From assembly GCF_009914755.1 (NCBI RefSeq), contig NC_060935.1: a stretch of 64,000 bases of DNA; one strand, written 5' to 3'. The stretch is from the human T2T-CHM13v2.0 reference genome, Homo sapiens. The notes beneath the pieces were generated by a model. It saw only the letters and a list, made by a program, of their open reading frames with translations, was not told the origin of the DNA and made no database searches. A program made the position numbers and the translations under genes. This document shows, piece by piece, positions 13,645 to 29,013 of the stretch; within the stretch, counting starts at the first letter, position 1, and every line of letters starts with the position of its first letter.

Positions 13645-13940
13645 TAAAATTTTTTAAATATTTTGAGATGGAGTCTGGCTCTGTTGGCAGAGTGCAATGT
13701 GCGCGACCTTGGCTTACTGCAACCTCCGCCTCCCAGGTTCAAGTGATTCTCCTGCCTCAGCCTCCTGAGTAGCTGGAATTACAGGTGCCCAATACCACCC
13801 CCGGCTAATTTTTTTGTATTTTTAGTAGATACCAGGTTTCACCATGGACCAGGCTGGTCTCAAACTCGTGACCTCAGGTGATCCGCCGGCCTCAGCCTCC
13901 AAAGTGCTGACATTATAGGCATGAGCCACTGTGCCTGGCT
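13645..13940 (-). mobile_element. AluS
   Basis: TSD AGCCTGTGTCTTTT at 13631-13644 and 13942-13955. Confidence 0.95.
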
Positions 13941-14199
13941 TAGCCTGTGTCTTTTGCTGGGTCTTGTGGCCCTGCCTGCAGGAGCGAAAGTGCTGGAAAA
14001 GAGATGCTTCAACAAATTGTTTGGTCCAGTTGCAACATCCAAACAAAATCGGTCTAGAACTAAGCAGGCGGATGATTTTGATTCTTTAAGGCACTAGAGC
14101 ATGGGCTCTGTGGGGGCACGGATAGGGCCTTGTGCTTTTGTCTCTAACACTAGGCTGACACATAGCTGTGAATTCAACAATGATGATGACAATAATAAT

Positions 14200-15387
<1,188 letters not shown>

Positions 15388-16086
15388 TGATTTCTTCGAT
15401 CCCTGAGTGAGAGGGTCACTGGCAGTATTGGGGAAGTGATTAGAGAGCCACCTCCTGAATCACGTGCCATTCTTTTCCACCATGGAGGCCATCCAGGGAA
15501 GGGCCCGGTGTGGAGGCAGGAAGAAGGCAGCGACATAAAGCATTGAGGAGACCCTCTCCTGAGCTGCCGAGTCTGAGCACTGATTAGTGCTCAGGTGAGA
15601 CAGGACTTTAGGAGGTTAAAAGCAGTCCTGCCCCCACTGGACCAACCAGGGTTGTGTCCACTCACCACCTCCTCCAAGGGCCTGGCTGGCTGGCTGGCCT
15701 GGCTGCCCCAGGTTAATAGCCGAGGATTAGAAGGAGTGGAATCTGACTGGGGTCTTGGACTCTCAGCAACAGCAGCAGAATAGGGAGTCTCTTTGGAAGA
15801 AATCTGATGGTAGCATTGTTAGACTCATGGTCGTTATTGCTCCTGACAGCATCTCCCCTAGCCTAGTTCAGTTCCTAAGATGACAACAGAACAAGGTCCC
15901 TAGCATGGCTGATGATGGGATGGAAACTGGAACATCTCTCTTTTTGGAGGCAGCAGAGGCATCTTCAGAATTAAAGAAGACAAAAGTGGGTTTGGGCGGG
16001 GCACGGGATATGCAGAAGACCCTGTAGAGTTATTTCCAGGTGGGAGGTCAGCACAACTCTGCCCTTATGCTGAAGTTGCAATGCCA

Positions 16087-16394
16087 TTTTCTTTTTTTGT
16101 TTTGTTTTGTTTTGTTTTTCGTTTTTTTGAGACAGAGTTTCACTCTCACCCAGGCGAGAGTGCAGTGGCATGATTACAGCTCACTGTAGCTTGAACCTCC
16201 TGGGTTCAACTGATCCTCCCAATAGCTTGGGACTACAAGCGTGCACCACCATGCCTGGCGAATATTTTGATTTTTTGTGGAGATGGAGTCTCACTGTGTT
16301 ATCCAGACTGGACTCAAACTCCTGAGCTCAAGTGATCCCTCATCTTGGCCTCCAAAAGTGCTGGGATTACAGGTGTGCGCCACCACGCCCGGCC
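16087..16394 (-). mobile_element. AluJ
   Basis: Diverged Alu with J-type CTCCTGAGCTCAAGTGATCC; TSD CAATGCCA at 16079-16086 and 16397-16404. Confidence 0.9.
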
Positions 16395-16944
16395 CACAAT
16401 GCCACTTTCTGATGGTAGTCACATGCCCAACGGCTTATTATGTTCTTGGTGATTTGTGTCCTCTCCCCCAAAGAGCTCACAGGGCCACAAACCTGAGAGA
16501 CAGGAGGGCAGTTAAAATTATTGTCCCAGACTCTCAGAATTTCAGTAACTAGCCGAAAGCCACATAGTTATTTGATTGGAAAGTTGGATCAGTTCCCAGG
16601 ACTCCTGCCCCTTGCCCAGGGCTGCATCTGCCACCCTGTGCCTTCCAGTTTGTGCGGTGGTAGAGGCAGTGGTCCCTGGGAACACCTGCTATTCCCAAGG
16701 TAGAGAATATCACACGGAAGAAAGCAGCACTTGTCAGGTAATGAGAACGCCTGTTGTATTGCTGGGAAAACTGAATGAAGTCCAGGGAGGTTAAATGAAT
16801 CCTAGAATCTTATTCTTGAAGTAACTCGAGATCATTGCATTTGACGTCCTACCTGAGCTTCTATTATCTCCCGCGGGTGGTTATCCTGCCTCGGCTGCTG
16901 CCGCCTTCTGCTCTTCTTCCTCTTTCTCCATTTTCCCCTTCTTC

Positions 16945-17170
16945 TGAAAGCTGACATCATTGAGCACTTACCACCTTCCAGGCATTGTTCTAGATGCTTT
17001 GTATGTATTAAGTTGATTCTCCAGCCAACCCTATGAAGTAGGTACTGTTGTCCCACTTTACACATGAGGAAATACATAACCACAGAGGTTATGTAGCTTG
17101 CCCAAGATGACACATGAGCCAAGTGATAGAGCCGGGATATGAACTAGGCAGCCTGGGCCATGCTCTGGAG
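16945..17170 (-). mobile_element. MIR
   Basis: CATTGAGCACTTAC...CAACCCTATGAAGTAGGTACT...CTTGCCCAAG. Confidence 0.75.
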
Positions 17171-17210
17171 TGATCCTAAGGCAGGCCATCGCTGAGTTGG
17201 GCAGCTGTGA

Positions 17211-17692
<482 letters not shown>

Positions 17693-18734
17693 TGAATGTG
17701 AAGCTACCTAATGAACAAGAAGCAAAGCCAACTTTCAGTCTCCTTCTACCTCAGTTTCCAAGACCCTTCCCCAAACTGAAATCCCCTGGCCAGGAAGACA
17801 ACAGCCTGTGGGCCTAGAGAAATGTCCAAGGCTGGGACCTGCCTTATGAGGGAGATAGATCCTTGGCCACAGGGCTGCGCTGAGGGTTGTCACACATCCG
17901 TTCTTTAGCATGTTTCCAGAGTGCCTCCTATGTGCCAGGCACAGCCACGGAGCAGCACAGCTGGCCCCATCTCAAGGCTGGGCCCTTACAAAATGTGTGC
18001 ACAGACACCTGCTGAATCTGTCAGATGCCAGATTGGTGGTGGGGTCCTGGGGACAGGAGCCTGAGGACTAGGAGAACTGTTGCTTCTCCACTGCTCCTAG
18101 GAGGCTGGGTGGGGATGCAGACACCCCATCAGGGGGCCAAAATTTCAGCTGACCCAAATCTAAGAGCACAGAGTAGGCAACTAGATGGAGGAAGCTCACC
18201 AGTTTATTTGTGCTAAAATAGCATCAGCCGACTCTCCTTTGAAACGTAACGGTCCTGCCAGAGTCCAGAGTAAATAGGCCGGAACATGAGATCTGCCAGG
18301 TGGGGTGCAAATTGGCAGTAAACAAAGCAATCGGGCTGTCTGAGTAGCGGAAGTCAGCTGAGAAAGTGCATTTCTCCTGCACGGAGCTGTGGGGTGGCGG
18401 CTGCTGGGCTCTCTCTTGCCCTCAGCTCCTTTGGGGAGGGAAGTGGGAGGGGGTATGTCAAGAGCTTGACCCTGGGCTTTAGGGGTGGAGGAGGAGCCGA
18501 CTTTTGTCCTGTATTCCTGGGCCAATAATGCTGCTACTTCTCTCGCTGCTTCTCCAGTTGCCATCCTGCGTTACTGCAGGTCCTCACACCAGCCCTCCAC
18601 GGCAGGTCTTATTAGTCCCATTGGACAAGGGAAAACACAGATGTCCAGAGAACCTGAGACACCGACACAGGGTCACACAGCTGAACCTGGGCTTTGTGGT
18701 TCGGTGTTGCCCGGGTCTGCCTTCGTCTCTTTAG

Positions 18735-19246
<512 letters not shown>

Positions 19247-21224
19247 CGTTTCTGCATTCTTTCCCCAACAACCAGAACAGCACTGGGTGCTCAGTATGCG
19301 TTTAGTGGGTGAACGGCTGCTTTGGTGAGCCGCTTGTCTGCAGAGGCCCTGGACTCTGGAGCCCTAGACTAGCAATGAGCCTTGACTCTGGAAAGCTTGG
19401 ATGGGCCGCCTTCGACTCGCAGATGTATGGGATTGAAAAGTCAATTGTGTGATCTTAAAACACATTTCCCCTGGTGGATGACAGGACTGGTTTCTCAGGT
19501 TAGTGTAGCCGGCGATGGAGCTGAACCAGTACAAAGAGTAACACCAGGCCTACCTGGACCTTGGCTCCAGGCACTTTACCCCCTCCTCGAACCCAGATGA
19601 GCCTGGCATCAATGGGTCAAGGGGGACTGTACTGGGGTGACTGGTAAGAGCAAAGGTGGCGTTTGGGCTGACAGCGCTAACTTCTGGATCAGGCTGTGGG
19701 CACTGCAGCTGCCATGAGTCAGGAGGAGGCTCTGGGAACATGGATTGGACCTGGGGTGCTCCTTCAGACATACCCAGTGTGAGCTAGGGGCTGCCTGCAT
19801 CCTGGGGGCATTTATCATCACGCGGAGCTAGTTACGTGGCAGGGCACTGGGCAGGTCAGGATTGGGTACTGTGGTGGCAGAGAGCCCCAGGAAGAGGTCG
19901 CCTTTGTGTGGGGATGACAGAGGTCCCTGCGGTCTGCAGGGTGAGCTGAGGTCCTAGTCCACCTTCCGTCTTCTTGGCTTCTGGAGCCCATCAGGGGCTG
20001 CACCATGAATGCCCAGTGACTCTGGACCTCCCTGGTCAAGGCTGCTGGACAGGCTTCCCCTTCTTACCCTTCTCAGTGGATCCATGATGCCTGCAGTGCT
20101 GGGTCCAAAGAAGTCTGAGGCCAACTGTGGGCTCCCTGGGAAGGGGCACTGGACTCCCTGGGAAGGGGCGCTGGGAAGGGGCCCTGGGAAGGGGTGATAT
20201 CTGACATGGCCACAGGGTACCATGGCTTTGTCAAGTCAGATTGAGTCTAGCCGTCTCATTTCACAAGTGAGGGCATTGAGGTTCAGAGAGGGAAGGAACT
20301 TGCCTGAGATCATGTGACTTGCAGAATCGAGGTTTGAAATGGGGTCCCCTGGCCGCTAGTGCCTTTGGTATCATACCTTTCATTAGACGGACTCACCAGG
20401 AGCCTCCCATCAAACCAGGGGAGCATGTGCCCTGCTCCCCACCTGACCTAATGCAGTGCCCATTCCAACCCCAGCTGCCAGCCAGCCCCATTCATACTGG
20501 GCAGGGCGTGGAAAGAGCTGTAGAAGCAGCCCTGTCCTCTGGGTGTTGTGACTCTGAGAGGCACATGGAGAAGAGACCAGCAGGGGTGTTACAGAAACCA
20601 TAGCAGGCAGTCAACACACACTCATCAGACCCACACCAAGGTTAGCCGCGTGCTACGTCCCCGTGTCTAGGCTGGGGATGGGGGCAGAGTGGGACAAGCT
20701 GATGGTTCTCCTCTGAGCAATCCAAGGAAGCTTCCTGGAGGAAGTAGGGCTCTGGGGAGGAGCGGCCTTAACTGGGGCACAGGGAGAGGCTGGTTTGACG
20801 TGTGGGAAGTAGCCTGGTGTGGTGGGGGGTGACGGGAGGGCTTGGACAGCTGGAGTTAGAGTCCCTCTCTCTACTCACTGTGCGGCGTTGGACAAGTTTG
20901 TTCATGTATCTGAAGCCTCTGTTTGCTCAGCAATAAAATGGGGACAATAAAAAACCTAATCTCACAGGGTTGGGGAAGAGCAAATAAGATACCACCTGTG
21001 AAAGGGCTTCTTAAGTCTGAAGGTGTTTTCAGTACGTACTGTGTGATTTTATTTATATAAAGTTCAAAAACAGGCGAAGTAATCTATGGTAATAGAAGCT
21101 GGGATAGCAGTTAGCCTTGGCAGGGGGCCTGAGAAAGGGCCTCTAGAATACTGATAATGCTCTATTTCGTGATCTGAGAGCTAGTTCTGTGGACATTCCT
21201 TGAGCTGCACACTTATGTGCACTT

Positions 21225-21520
21225 CTCTTTCTTTTTTTCCTTTGAGGCAGGTCTCACTCTGTCGCCCAGGCTGGAGTGCGGTGGCATGATCTCCATCTCC
21301 CGGGCTCAGGGTGATTCTCCCACCCTGGCACCCGCCCTCTCACCCCAGTAGCTGAGTCTACAGGCATGTACCACCATGCCCCACTAATTTTTTATATTTT
21401 TTCTTTCTAGAGACAGTGTTTCTCTATGTTGCCCCGGCTTGAACTTCTGGGCTCAAGCGATCCTCCCACCTCGGCCTCTCAAAGCCCTGGGATTACAGGT
21501 GTGAGCCGCTGTGCCCAGCC
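21225..21520 (-). mobile_element. AluJ inside an old L1M fragment
   Basis: Diverged Alu; TSD ATGTGCACTT at 21215-21224 and 21521-21530. Confidence 0.9.
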
Positions 21521-21573
21521 ATGTGCACTTTTCTGTGTAAACAGTATACATCAATTCAAAAAGTTTGTTTTTA

Positions 21574-21891
21574 GGCCGGGCACAGTGGCTCATGCCTGTA
21601 ATCCTAGCATTTTGGGAGGATGAGGTTGGTGGATCACTTGAGGTCAGGCGTTCAAGACCGGCCTGACCAACATGGTGAAACCCCATCTCCCCTAAAAATA
21701 CAAAATTAACCAGGTGTGGTGGCACATGCCTGTAATCCAAGCTATTTGGGAGGCTGAGGCAGGAGAATCACTTGAACCTGGAAGGCGGAGGTTGCAGTGA
21801 GCCAGAGGTTGCAGTGAGCCAAGATTGCACCATTGCACTCCAGCCTGTGCAGCAAGAGTGAAACACCATCTCAAAAAAAAGAAAAAAAAAG
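21574..21891 (+). mobile_element. AluS with a 17-bp internal duplication
   Basis: GAGGTTGCAGTGAGCCA twice (from 21788 and 21805); flanks AAAAAGTTTGTTTT / AAAAAGTTCGTTTT. Confidence 0.95.
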
Positions 21892-22995
21892 TTCGTTTTT
21901 AAAGTGCTTATCACAGTCAGGTTATAAATGGCTAAAGGGCGGTCACTTGACAGTGTCCAAGAGGAAACCTGGAATGATGTTAATAGAAATAGTGGTTGAA
22001 CACTTTAGGCAGAAGAAACATTTTCTCATTTAAACCTCAACAACTCACATTTTACAAGTGGGGAAACTCAGTGAGGTTGCAGAAGTTGCCCAAAGTCACA
22101 CAGCCAGCCCGTGGCAGAGGGTCTGACCAGAGCCAGCACCCAGTCCTGGGGAACCTGGAGGATGCAAAGGCAGGTGGGGTTGCCCTGATCCCGCCTCGGC
22201 TTGCCGGGGCTTTGGCTTCTGGAGCTGCGTCATCTTTGTGGCTCTGCCCCTGCTGGGGTCCTGCCAGGCCTCAGCTTTCATGGAATGTGGAGAGCAGCCT
22301 CAGCTCCCTGCGGCCCCAGGGTGGAGATGCTTCCAGAGTGGGAGGAAGCAGGGGCGGGAGCTGGACAGCATCTGTCTGCAGGGTCTGCTGGGTGGGGACC
22401 CCGGAGCAGATGGTGTTTCACTCAGTTAAAACCCCTCAGGGCAGACCCCTGCCGGTGAGAGAGGGAGCATGGCAATGCTTATCCCAGCAGAGGAGGGGAG
22501 CAGGGAGCCGCTGCAAGTTCCCTCCTGCCTTCCTGGAGCCCGTGCTGGGGATTTATCTCCTCCCAGAGGCCTAACTGCGCCCCAGACACTCGCACCTGCA
22601 TCCTCCAGGGGCGGGCTGGGGGCTGGGAGGAAGACGGGCATTCAGGTGCTTTTGTTACCTTTGTGATGTGGCTGAGCCAGACAGCCTCGCTCACACTAAG
22701 CCACCCCTGGCGTGTGGCCTTGTCTGGTGAGAGAGAGGTGGCATTGTGCTTGCATTTATATGCAGCTGGCAGAGCAGATACAGCCTCATTGTTGTCCAAG
22801 GTTTCCAATCAGGTGGGGAAAAAGAGGGCCTGGTGGTCCCACTCACGGGTGGAGGAAGAGGCTTCTTTACCAGCGGAACCAGCCTCACCTCCTCTGGGAG
22901 GCCTGCTCTGGTTAACCCCTTCAGCTGCTTTATCCTGGCCCTCAGCAGGGACACATGCGTTGTGAATAGAGTGAGCTCATCAACAAACAAGTCCT

Positions 22996-23433
22996 TTTAT
23001 TTTATTTTATTTTTTTGAGACAGGGTCTCACTCTATTGCCCAGTGACGGGATTTGGGCTCACTGCAGCCTCGATCTCCCGGGCTCAGCCGGTCCTCCCAC
23101 CTCAGCCTTTTGAGTAGCTGGGACCACAGGCATGGGCCACAATGCTCAGCTATTTTTTATTTTTTATTTTTGTATTTTTTGTGCAGACGTGGTTTCACCA
23201 TGTTGCCTAGGCTGTTCTTGAACTGCTGAGCTCAAGCAGTCTGCCTGCCTCAACCTCCCAAAGTGCTGGGACTACAGGTGCCCGCCACCACGCCCGGCTA
23301 ATTTTTTGTATTCTTAATAGAGATGGGGTTTCACAGTGTTAGCCAGGATGGTCTTGATCTCCTGACCTCATGATCTGCCCGCCTTGGCCTCCCAAAGTGC
23401 TGGGATTACAGGCATGAGCCACCAAGCCCGACC
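22996..23433 (-). mobile_element. Three-armed chimeric Alu (AluJ fused to an AluY/Sc-like element)
   Basis: Two A-rich linkers and two left arms; switch point near AAAGTGCTGGGACTACAGG (~23260-23278). Confidence 0.85.
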
Positions 23434-23563
23434 CTATAATTTTTTTATATTAAGTCTGTCTGAAATATGTTGGTCCTGTCACCCCTGTTTGACTGGAGGC
23501 TGGCTGAGGGCAGGGACTATGGGGGACCCTTCTTTCCTCTGAGCCTGTCTTAGGGAACCCATC

Positions 23564-23948
23564 TGTATTAGTCTGTTTTCATGCTGCTGATAAAGACATA
23601 CCAGAGACTGGGTAACTTATACAGGAAAAAGGGGTTAATGAAGTTACAGTTCCACGTGGCTGGGGAGGCCTCACAATCATGGCGGAAGGCAAAGAGGAGC
23701 AAGTCACATCTTACATGAATGGCAGCAGGCAAAGAGAGAGCTTGTGCAGGGAAACTGCCCCTCATAAAACCATCAGATCTTGTGAGACCCATGAGATCTC
23801 TCATGAGATGCTAGCATGAGAACAACACGGGAAAGACCTGCCTCCATGATTCAATGACCTCCCACCAGTTTCCTCCCACGACACATGGGAACTGTGGGAG
23901 TTGCAATTCAAGATGAGATTTGGGTGGGGGCACAGCCAAACCACATCA
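23564..23948 (-). mobile_element. THE1 (ERVL-MaLR) solo LTR
   Basis: TGTATTAGTCTGTTTTCATGCTGCTGATAAAGACATACC...GATTTGGGTGGGGGCACAGCCAAACCACATCA; 5-bp TSD CCATC at 23559-23563 and 23949-23953. Confidence 0.9.
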
Positions 23949-23989
23949 CCATCTATTGAGCATGTGCCCATCTACAGCACTTTAGTTTC

Positions 23990-24350
23990 CCAGGGTAGCT
24001 TTGGCTCCCTGCCTCAGGACCTTTGCACATGCTGTTCACGCTGCCTGCAACTCCTCCTTCCACCTCCTCTCCTTCTCTTGCTTCACTACTCCTTATCCAT
24101 TCCTCTTCCAGGAAGCCCTTTCCTGACGCCTCCCTGAGCCTGCATAACCCCCCACCCCGACCCTCATGTGCTCTTGCAGCCCCAACCCTCGTTCCCTTTG
24201 GAGCACTCCCACCTTGCATTGTAACCTACAACTTACATTGTAGCACTGAGCTGTGGGAGGCCAGGCATCAAGTCACCACATCCACTTCTGTGCCACACTT
24301 TAACACAGTGTCTGGCTTACAGGAGGATCTTGCCAAATATTTGTTGAAAG
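23990..24350 (+). mobile_element. L2 3' fragment
   Basis: CCTTTGCACATGCTGTTC...CCAGGAAGCCCTTTCCTGAC...AAATATTTGTTGAA. Confidence 0.65.
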
Positions 24351-24779
24351 AAGCAAAGCGATCGAGCACCAAAGAGAGGAGCAAGCCCAGCCGCTGTGCC
24401 CATCGACATTAGAGGGATTGCCCTTGGCTGTGACCTCCTCCACCTTAGTCTGAGCCCCTAGCGGTTACTACAGGGACGAGCCTAGAGCCCAGCCTGGGCA
24501 CCAGTGACCACATCTGTTTTGCACAGCGCTGGGTTCCTGACATCTGCACAGAGATGCAGCCTAATAGTGTCTCTTAGATGTCCTTGGATAGTCACACATG
24601 TAAGTTCCCTGTCGGGAGTGGTGGGGGAAGTGGGAAAAGTGCTGTCTGTCACTTATCCTTCTGTGAAACAAGGTGGAGATGATTTCAATGTATCCCTTGA
24701 CTCCTGATAGGGAGTAGCCTCTCTCGCAACCTACCTTTCCCACCTCAACCACCATCCCCGCTGTGTGCAAGTACACTTG

Positions 24780-24990
24780 CTTTTAGGTGCTTTCACATCC
24801 AGCATCTCATTTAATCTCTCCAACAAAGGTGCTTTCACATCCAGCATCTCATTTAATCTCTCCAGCAACCCTGGGAGGCAGCTGCTGTTGACCTGTTTTA
24901 TAGATGAGGAGACAGAAGTTCAGAGTGGTTAAACTGGCATGCCCCGAGTCACACAGCTGGTAAGCAGTAGAGCTAGGATCCCGTTCTCCT
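24780..24990 (-). mobile_element. MIR with a 42-bp tandem duplication
   Basis: AGGTGCTTTCACATCCAGCATCTCATTTAATCTCTCCARCAA twice (24785-24826, 24827-24868). Confidence 0.8.
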
Positions 24991-26547
24991 TTTTCTAGCA
25001 TTACAGCTCCACTTGCCCTTCCTTCCTGGTGGCTCAGTGGCCTGCTTAGGAGTAAGGGTGCCCCAAGTGTGAGTCCTATGAGGCCCCATGTTCTTGCTTA
25101 ATGCCTGAGAGTCCCTGACCTTGGAAATGCCTGTGTGCCAACCACAAGGTGCGGGTGTGGAGAAACGTCTGCCTTTGACAAATAGCCCTGTGGTCCCAGG
25201 ACATGTAGGGCTAATTCAAGTGCAAACAGTGTATTAGTATTTATTACTCATGCTCCACTGCTAATAAAATTTGAGTTTAAAAAATAATGGTGAGCAAATG
25301 AATCGGTCGATGGCCTGTGGGGAGAGGCTCCAGGGGAAGGATATTTCATGGAGAAGAGTGACAGGAGCCCAAGCTATTGCAGGCTCTAGAAGATGGGTCC
25401 TTGCTGGGGTGTGGGTGGGGGTAGGGGGACTTATCCTGGGGGCAGCTCTGCACTCTGGTCCAGTTTGGTGAGTCGTTAGTCTGCACAGTAAAATTTGTCA
25501 GAAAGCACATTTGCCAACAGAGGCAGCTTCTCCAGGCTGAGGAGGTGGCTGTTGGCTGGGTGAATAGCTTTCAAATATCTATTTCAGTCATCTGTGCTTA
25601 AAATCCTTAATTTGGGAAGCCATTTCCTGCAAAGTCCCAAACCTGGGTTCCAGACGGAAGCCTCTGTCTTCGACAACCGCGTTACAGGGCGGACTGGGTT
25701 CTGCCACGCAGGGCTGAGAATGGGGTTCAGAGGCCTAAGAAGGTTCTAAGTCTCTGAAAAACCAAGGGGCCTGCTACAGGTTCCGTGATGTAGGAAGACA
25801 GAGATGGCCCTGGGGTGTGGAGGGGATTCATTCAGAGCTGGATGGCATTTTGGGATGAGGAGAACTCTGATTGTTAGACCCCGCTTCCCTACAGTGGACG
25901 GCACCTGTGTCCTACTGATGTCTCTGGAGCATCATCGGCTGGAGAAAATGCCGGTTCACAAAAAGGAGACCTGCTACGGTGTGACTTTGATCAAGTCATT
26001 TTACTTCTTTGGACTTAGTTTCCTCTCTGCAGAGTGGGGGTGATGAGTCCTTCCTGGTTCCCATCATAGGCTCAGGAGCGGAAGGATGGAGCTGTCTAAG
26101 CAGAAGGGTGTGACAGCCCTTTAGATATTTGGAGACAGCTCTCTTGCTTTCCTTGAGAGAGTGCTTTGCTTAAGACTAGACTTTTGGAGGGCTTAGAAAA
26201 TGTGGGTGGATTTGCGATTCTTATGTGTAAATGCTACCCTACAACCTCTTTCATAATTCATCCATCAAGGCCAGAAAGATCAAGAGTGAAACTCAGAGCT
26301 TGTTGTGCCTGGTTCATGCATGTTTGTTTATGGGAGGAGAAATGACATTTTCCTTCCCCACATCCTCCTTTCATGTCGTCTGCCCCTGCCACAGGCACCT
26401 GCTCCATAGCGCTGCCCAAATAATCATTTAGACACCAGGAGTTTCCAATGCTCTGTACATGTGCTCTCCAGTGCTTACACCAGCCTTGGGGTGGGTGCCA
26501 GGATCATCCCATATTACTGGATCAGGAAACTGAGACTGGTGCAGTGA

Positions 26548-26898
<351 letters not shown>

Positions 26899-27929
26899 TG
26901 CCTGTTTCTCTTAGCACCTTGCAACCTCATGGTTGTGGCCCAAGGATGTCATACCAGTGACCTTTGGATGTCCCTGTGGAGCAGCAGATGGCAACCCTTC
27001 TTCTCCCCTTTACTCCCAAATGGAGACCCTCCCCCTGCTTCCACCTCTGGATGTGGGGCAGGTGGAAGGTCTCCATTCAGGAGCGCACCTGGCAGGTGCA
27101 CGATTGAACACGGAGCAAGACAGCCACAGCTGGAGCCGGGTACCTGTGGCCACTCAGGCCCTGGGCTGCTGGCACAAGGGTGATTGCATGGTCCCGATTT
27201 GACCTCCTGAGTCCTTGGTTGCTCCTCCCTAGCCCCCAAAGTGACCTGGACTCGCTGCTTTGAACATCCATCCCCCAGCTCCATGCTAAGCTCTCTGCAG
27301 CCCTGTGGGCCCTACCCCGCCCCCAGCTTCCTTTGATCCGGCTGCCCTTGTGCCCGGGGGTCCGCCCTGGGTGTGGACCCAGGAGTCGGGTGGCCCTGTG
27401 GTATTGTCAGGGAATGTCCCAACAGCTTAGAGGCATTGAATCAAAGTCCTCTCAGAGGGGGAGAGGGTATTGTTTAGACGTTTTGTGTAAATTAATAATA
27501 TTGTAACTGTTAATTGAATGTCCATTGATTGCCTGTCAGAGGTTTGATTTAATCTGTCCTCCTCCCTCTGAGCCGGCTGGCTGCTTAAATAGTTTGCTCG
27601 CTTTGCCTTGTTTTTCTTGCTCTAGTGTGGACTCTTTCCCCTACCCCGCAAACCTTGGTTTCATTTCGCTGGCTTCATAATTAGCATCTTCTGCTTTCTG
27701 GCACTGGCCTTGGCCTTCTTGCAGTTACTAGTCCCTCCCAAGTGGATTCCTGTGATTCATCCCTCAACCAGAGTTTTCTGAAGTATCTGGAGACTCGGGA
27801 CAAAGACAGTCGGCCTGTCTTTGTCCCCTTTCTTTTGGGGTTTTAGATGCTTTGGGCTTCTCCTTGGAAGGGAGTGGGAAGGGCAGTGCCTGGAGACTTA
27901 GGGGATGAGCCCGGTAGGGCTGCTGGCTT

Positions 27930-28300
27930 CATTCACTCATTCATCCGTCTATTCACCAGGCCCTGTGTTCAGCACTAAGGGGACACATTCCTGAGTTCAG
28001 TACTTAGTGGTGGAGACAGAGAAGTAAACAGATGATGCAATGCGGTGTGATGTGCCAAGGTGGAGGCCAATGTAGGGGGGCGCAGAGACATGGAAGAAAA
28101 CGGTAAAATCAGATGTGGCAGCATGGAAGGCTTCCTGGAGGAGGAGTAACCTGCACTGCAGTTGGAACTGCATTTCAATAAACAAGGAGGAATTAGTCTG
28201 GCAAAGGAAAGGACAAGAGCCTCCTAGCAGAGGGAAAAGCACATGTCACAGCTGGGTCAGAGGGGACTTCTAGAGTGAGAGATGGCAGAGAATAAGGTAA
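27930..28300 (-). mobile_element. L2 fragment
   Basis: TTCATTCACTCATTCATCC...AGTGGTGGAGACAGA...GAAGGCTTCCTGGAGGAGG. Confidence 0.65.
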
Positions 28301-28614
28301 GGGTTAATAATATCTACAGAATGATAATATACTGCACACTCACTAAGCATTGGGCAGAGTTCTGAGGGCTTTCCTTGTATTATCTAGCTTAGTCCTTATA
28401 ACAACCCTGCATACAGGTACTGCTAGCGCCCCTTTTAATAGCTGAGCCTAGAGATATGGGCACAGGCAGTCTGATTCAGGGGTGCTGGCTCTCCCATTGC
28501 CCCTGCTGCCTCACTGCTGCTGTCTGGCCCAAGGATGTTACACCAGGGTTGGGTCATTGGGGCATCTGCAGAGCTGGATTATGGAGGGTCTTATGTGTAC
28601 GTTCAAAAGTTTTA

Positions 28615-29013
<399 letters not shown>

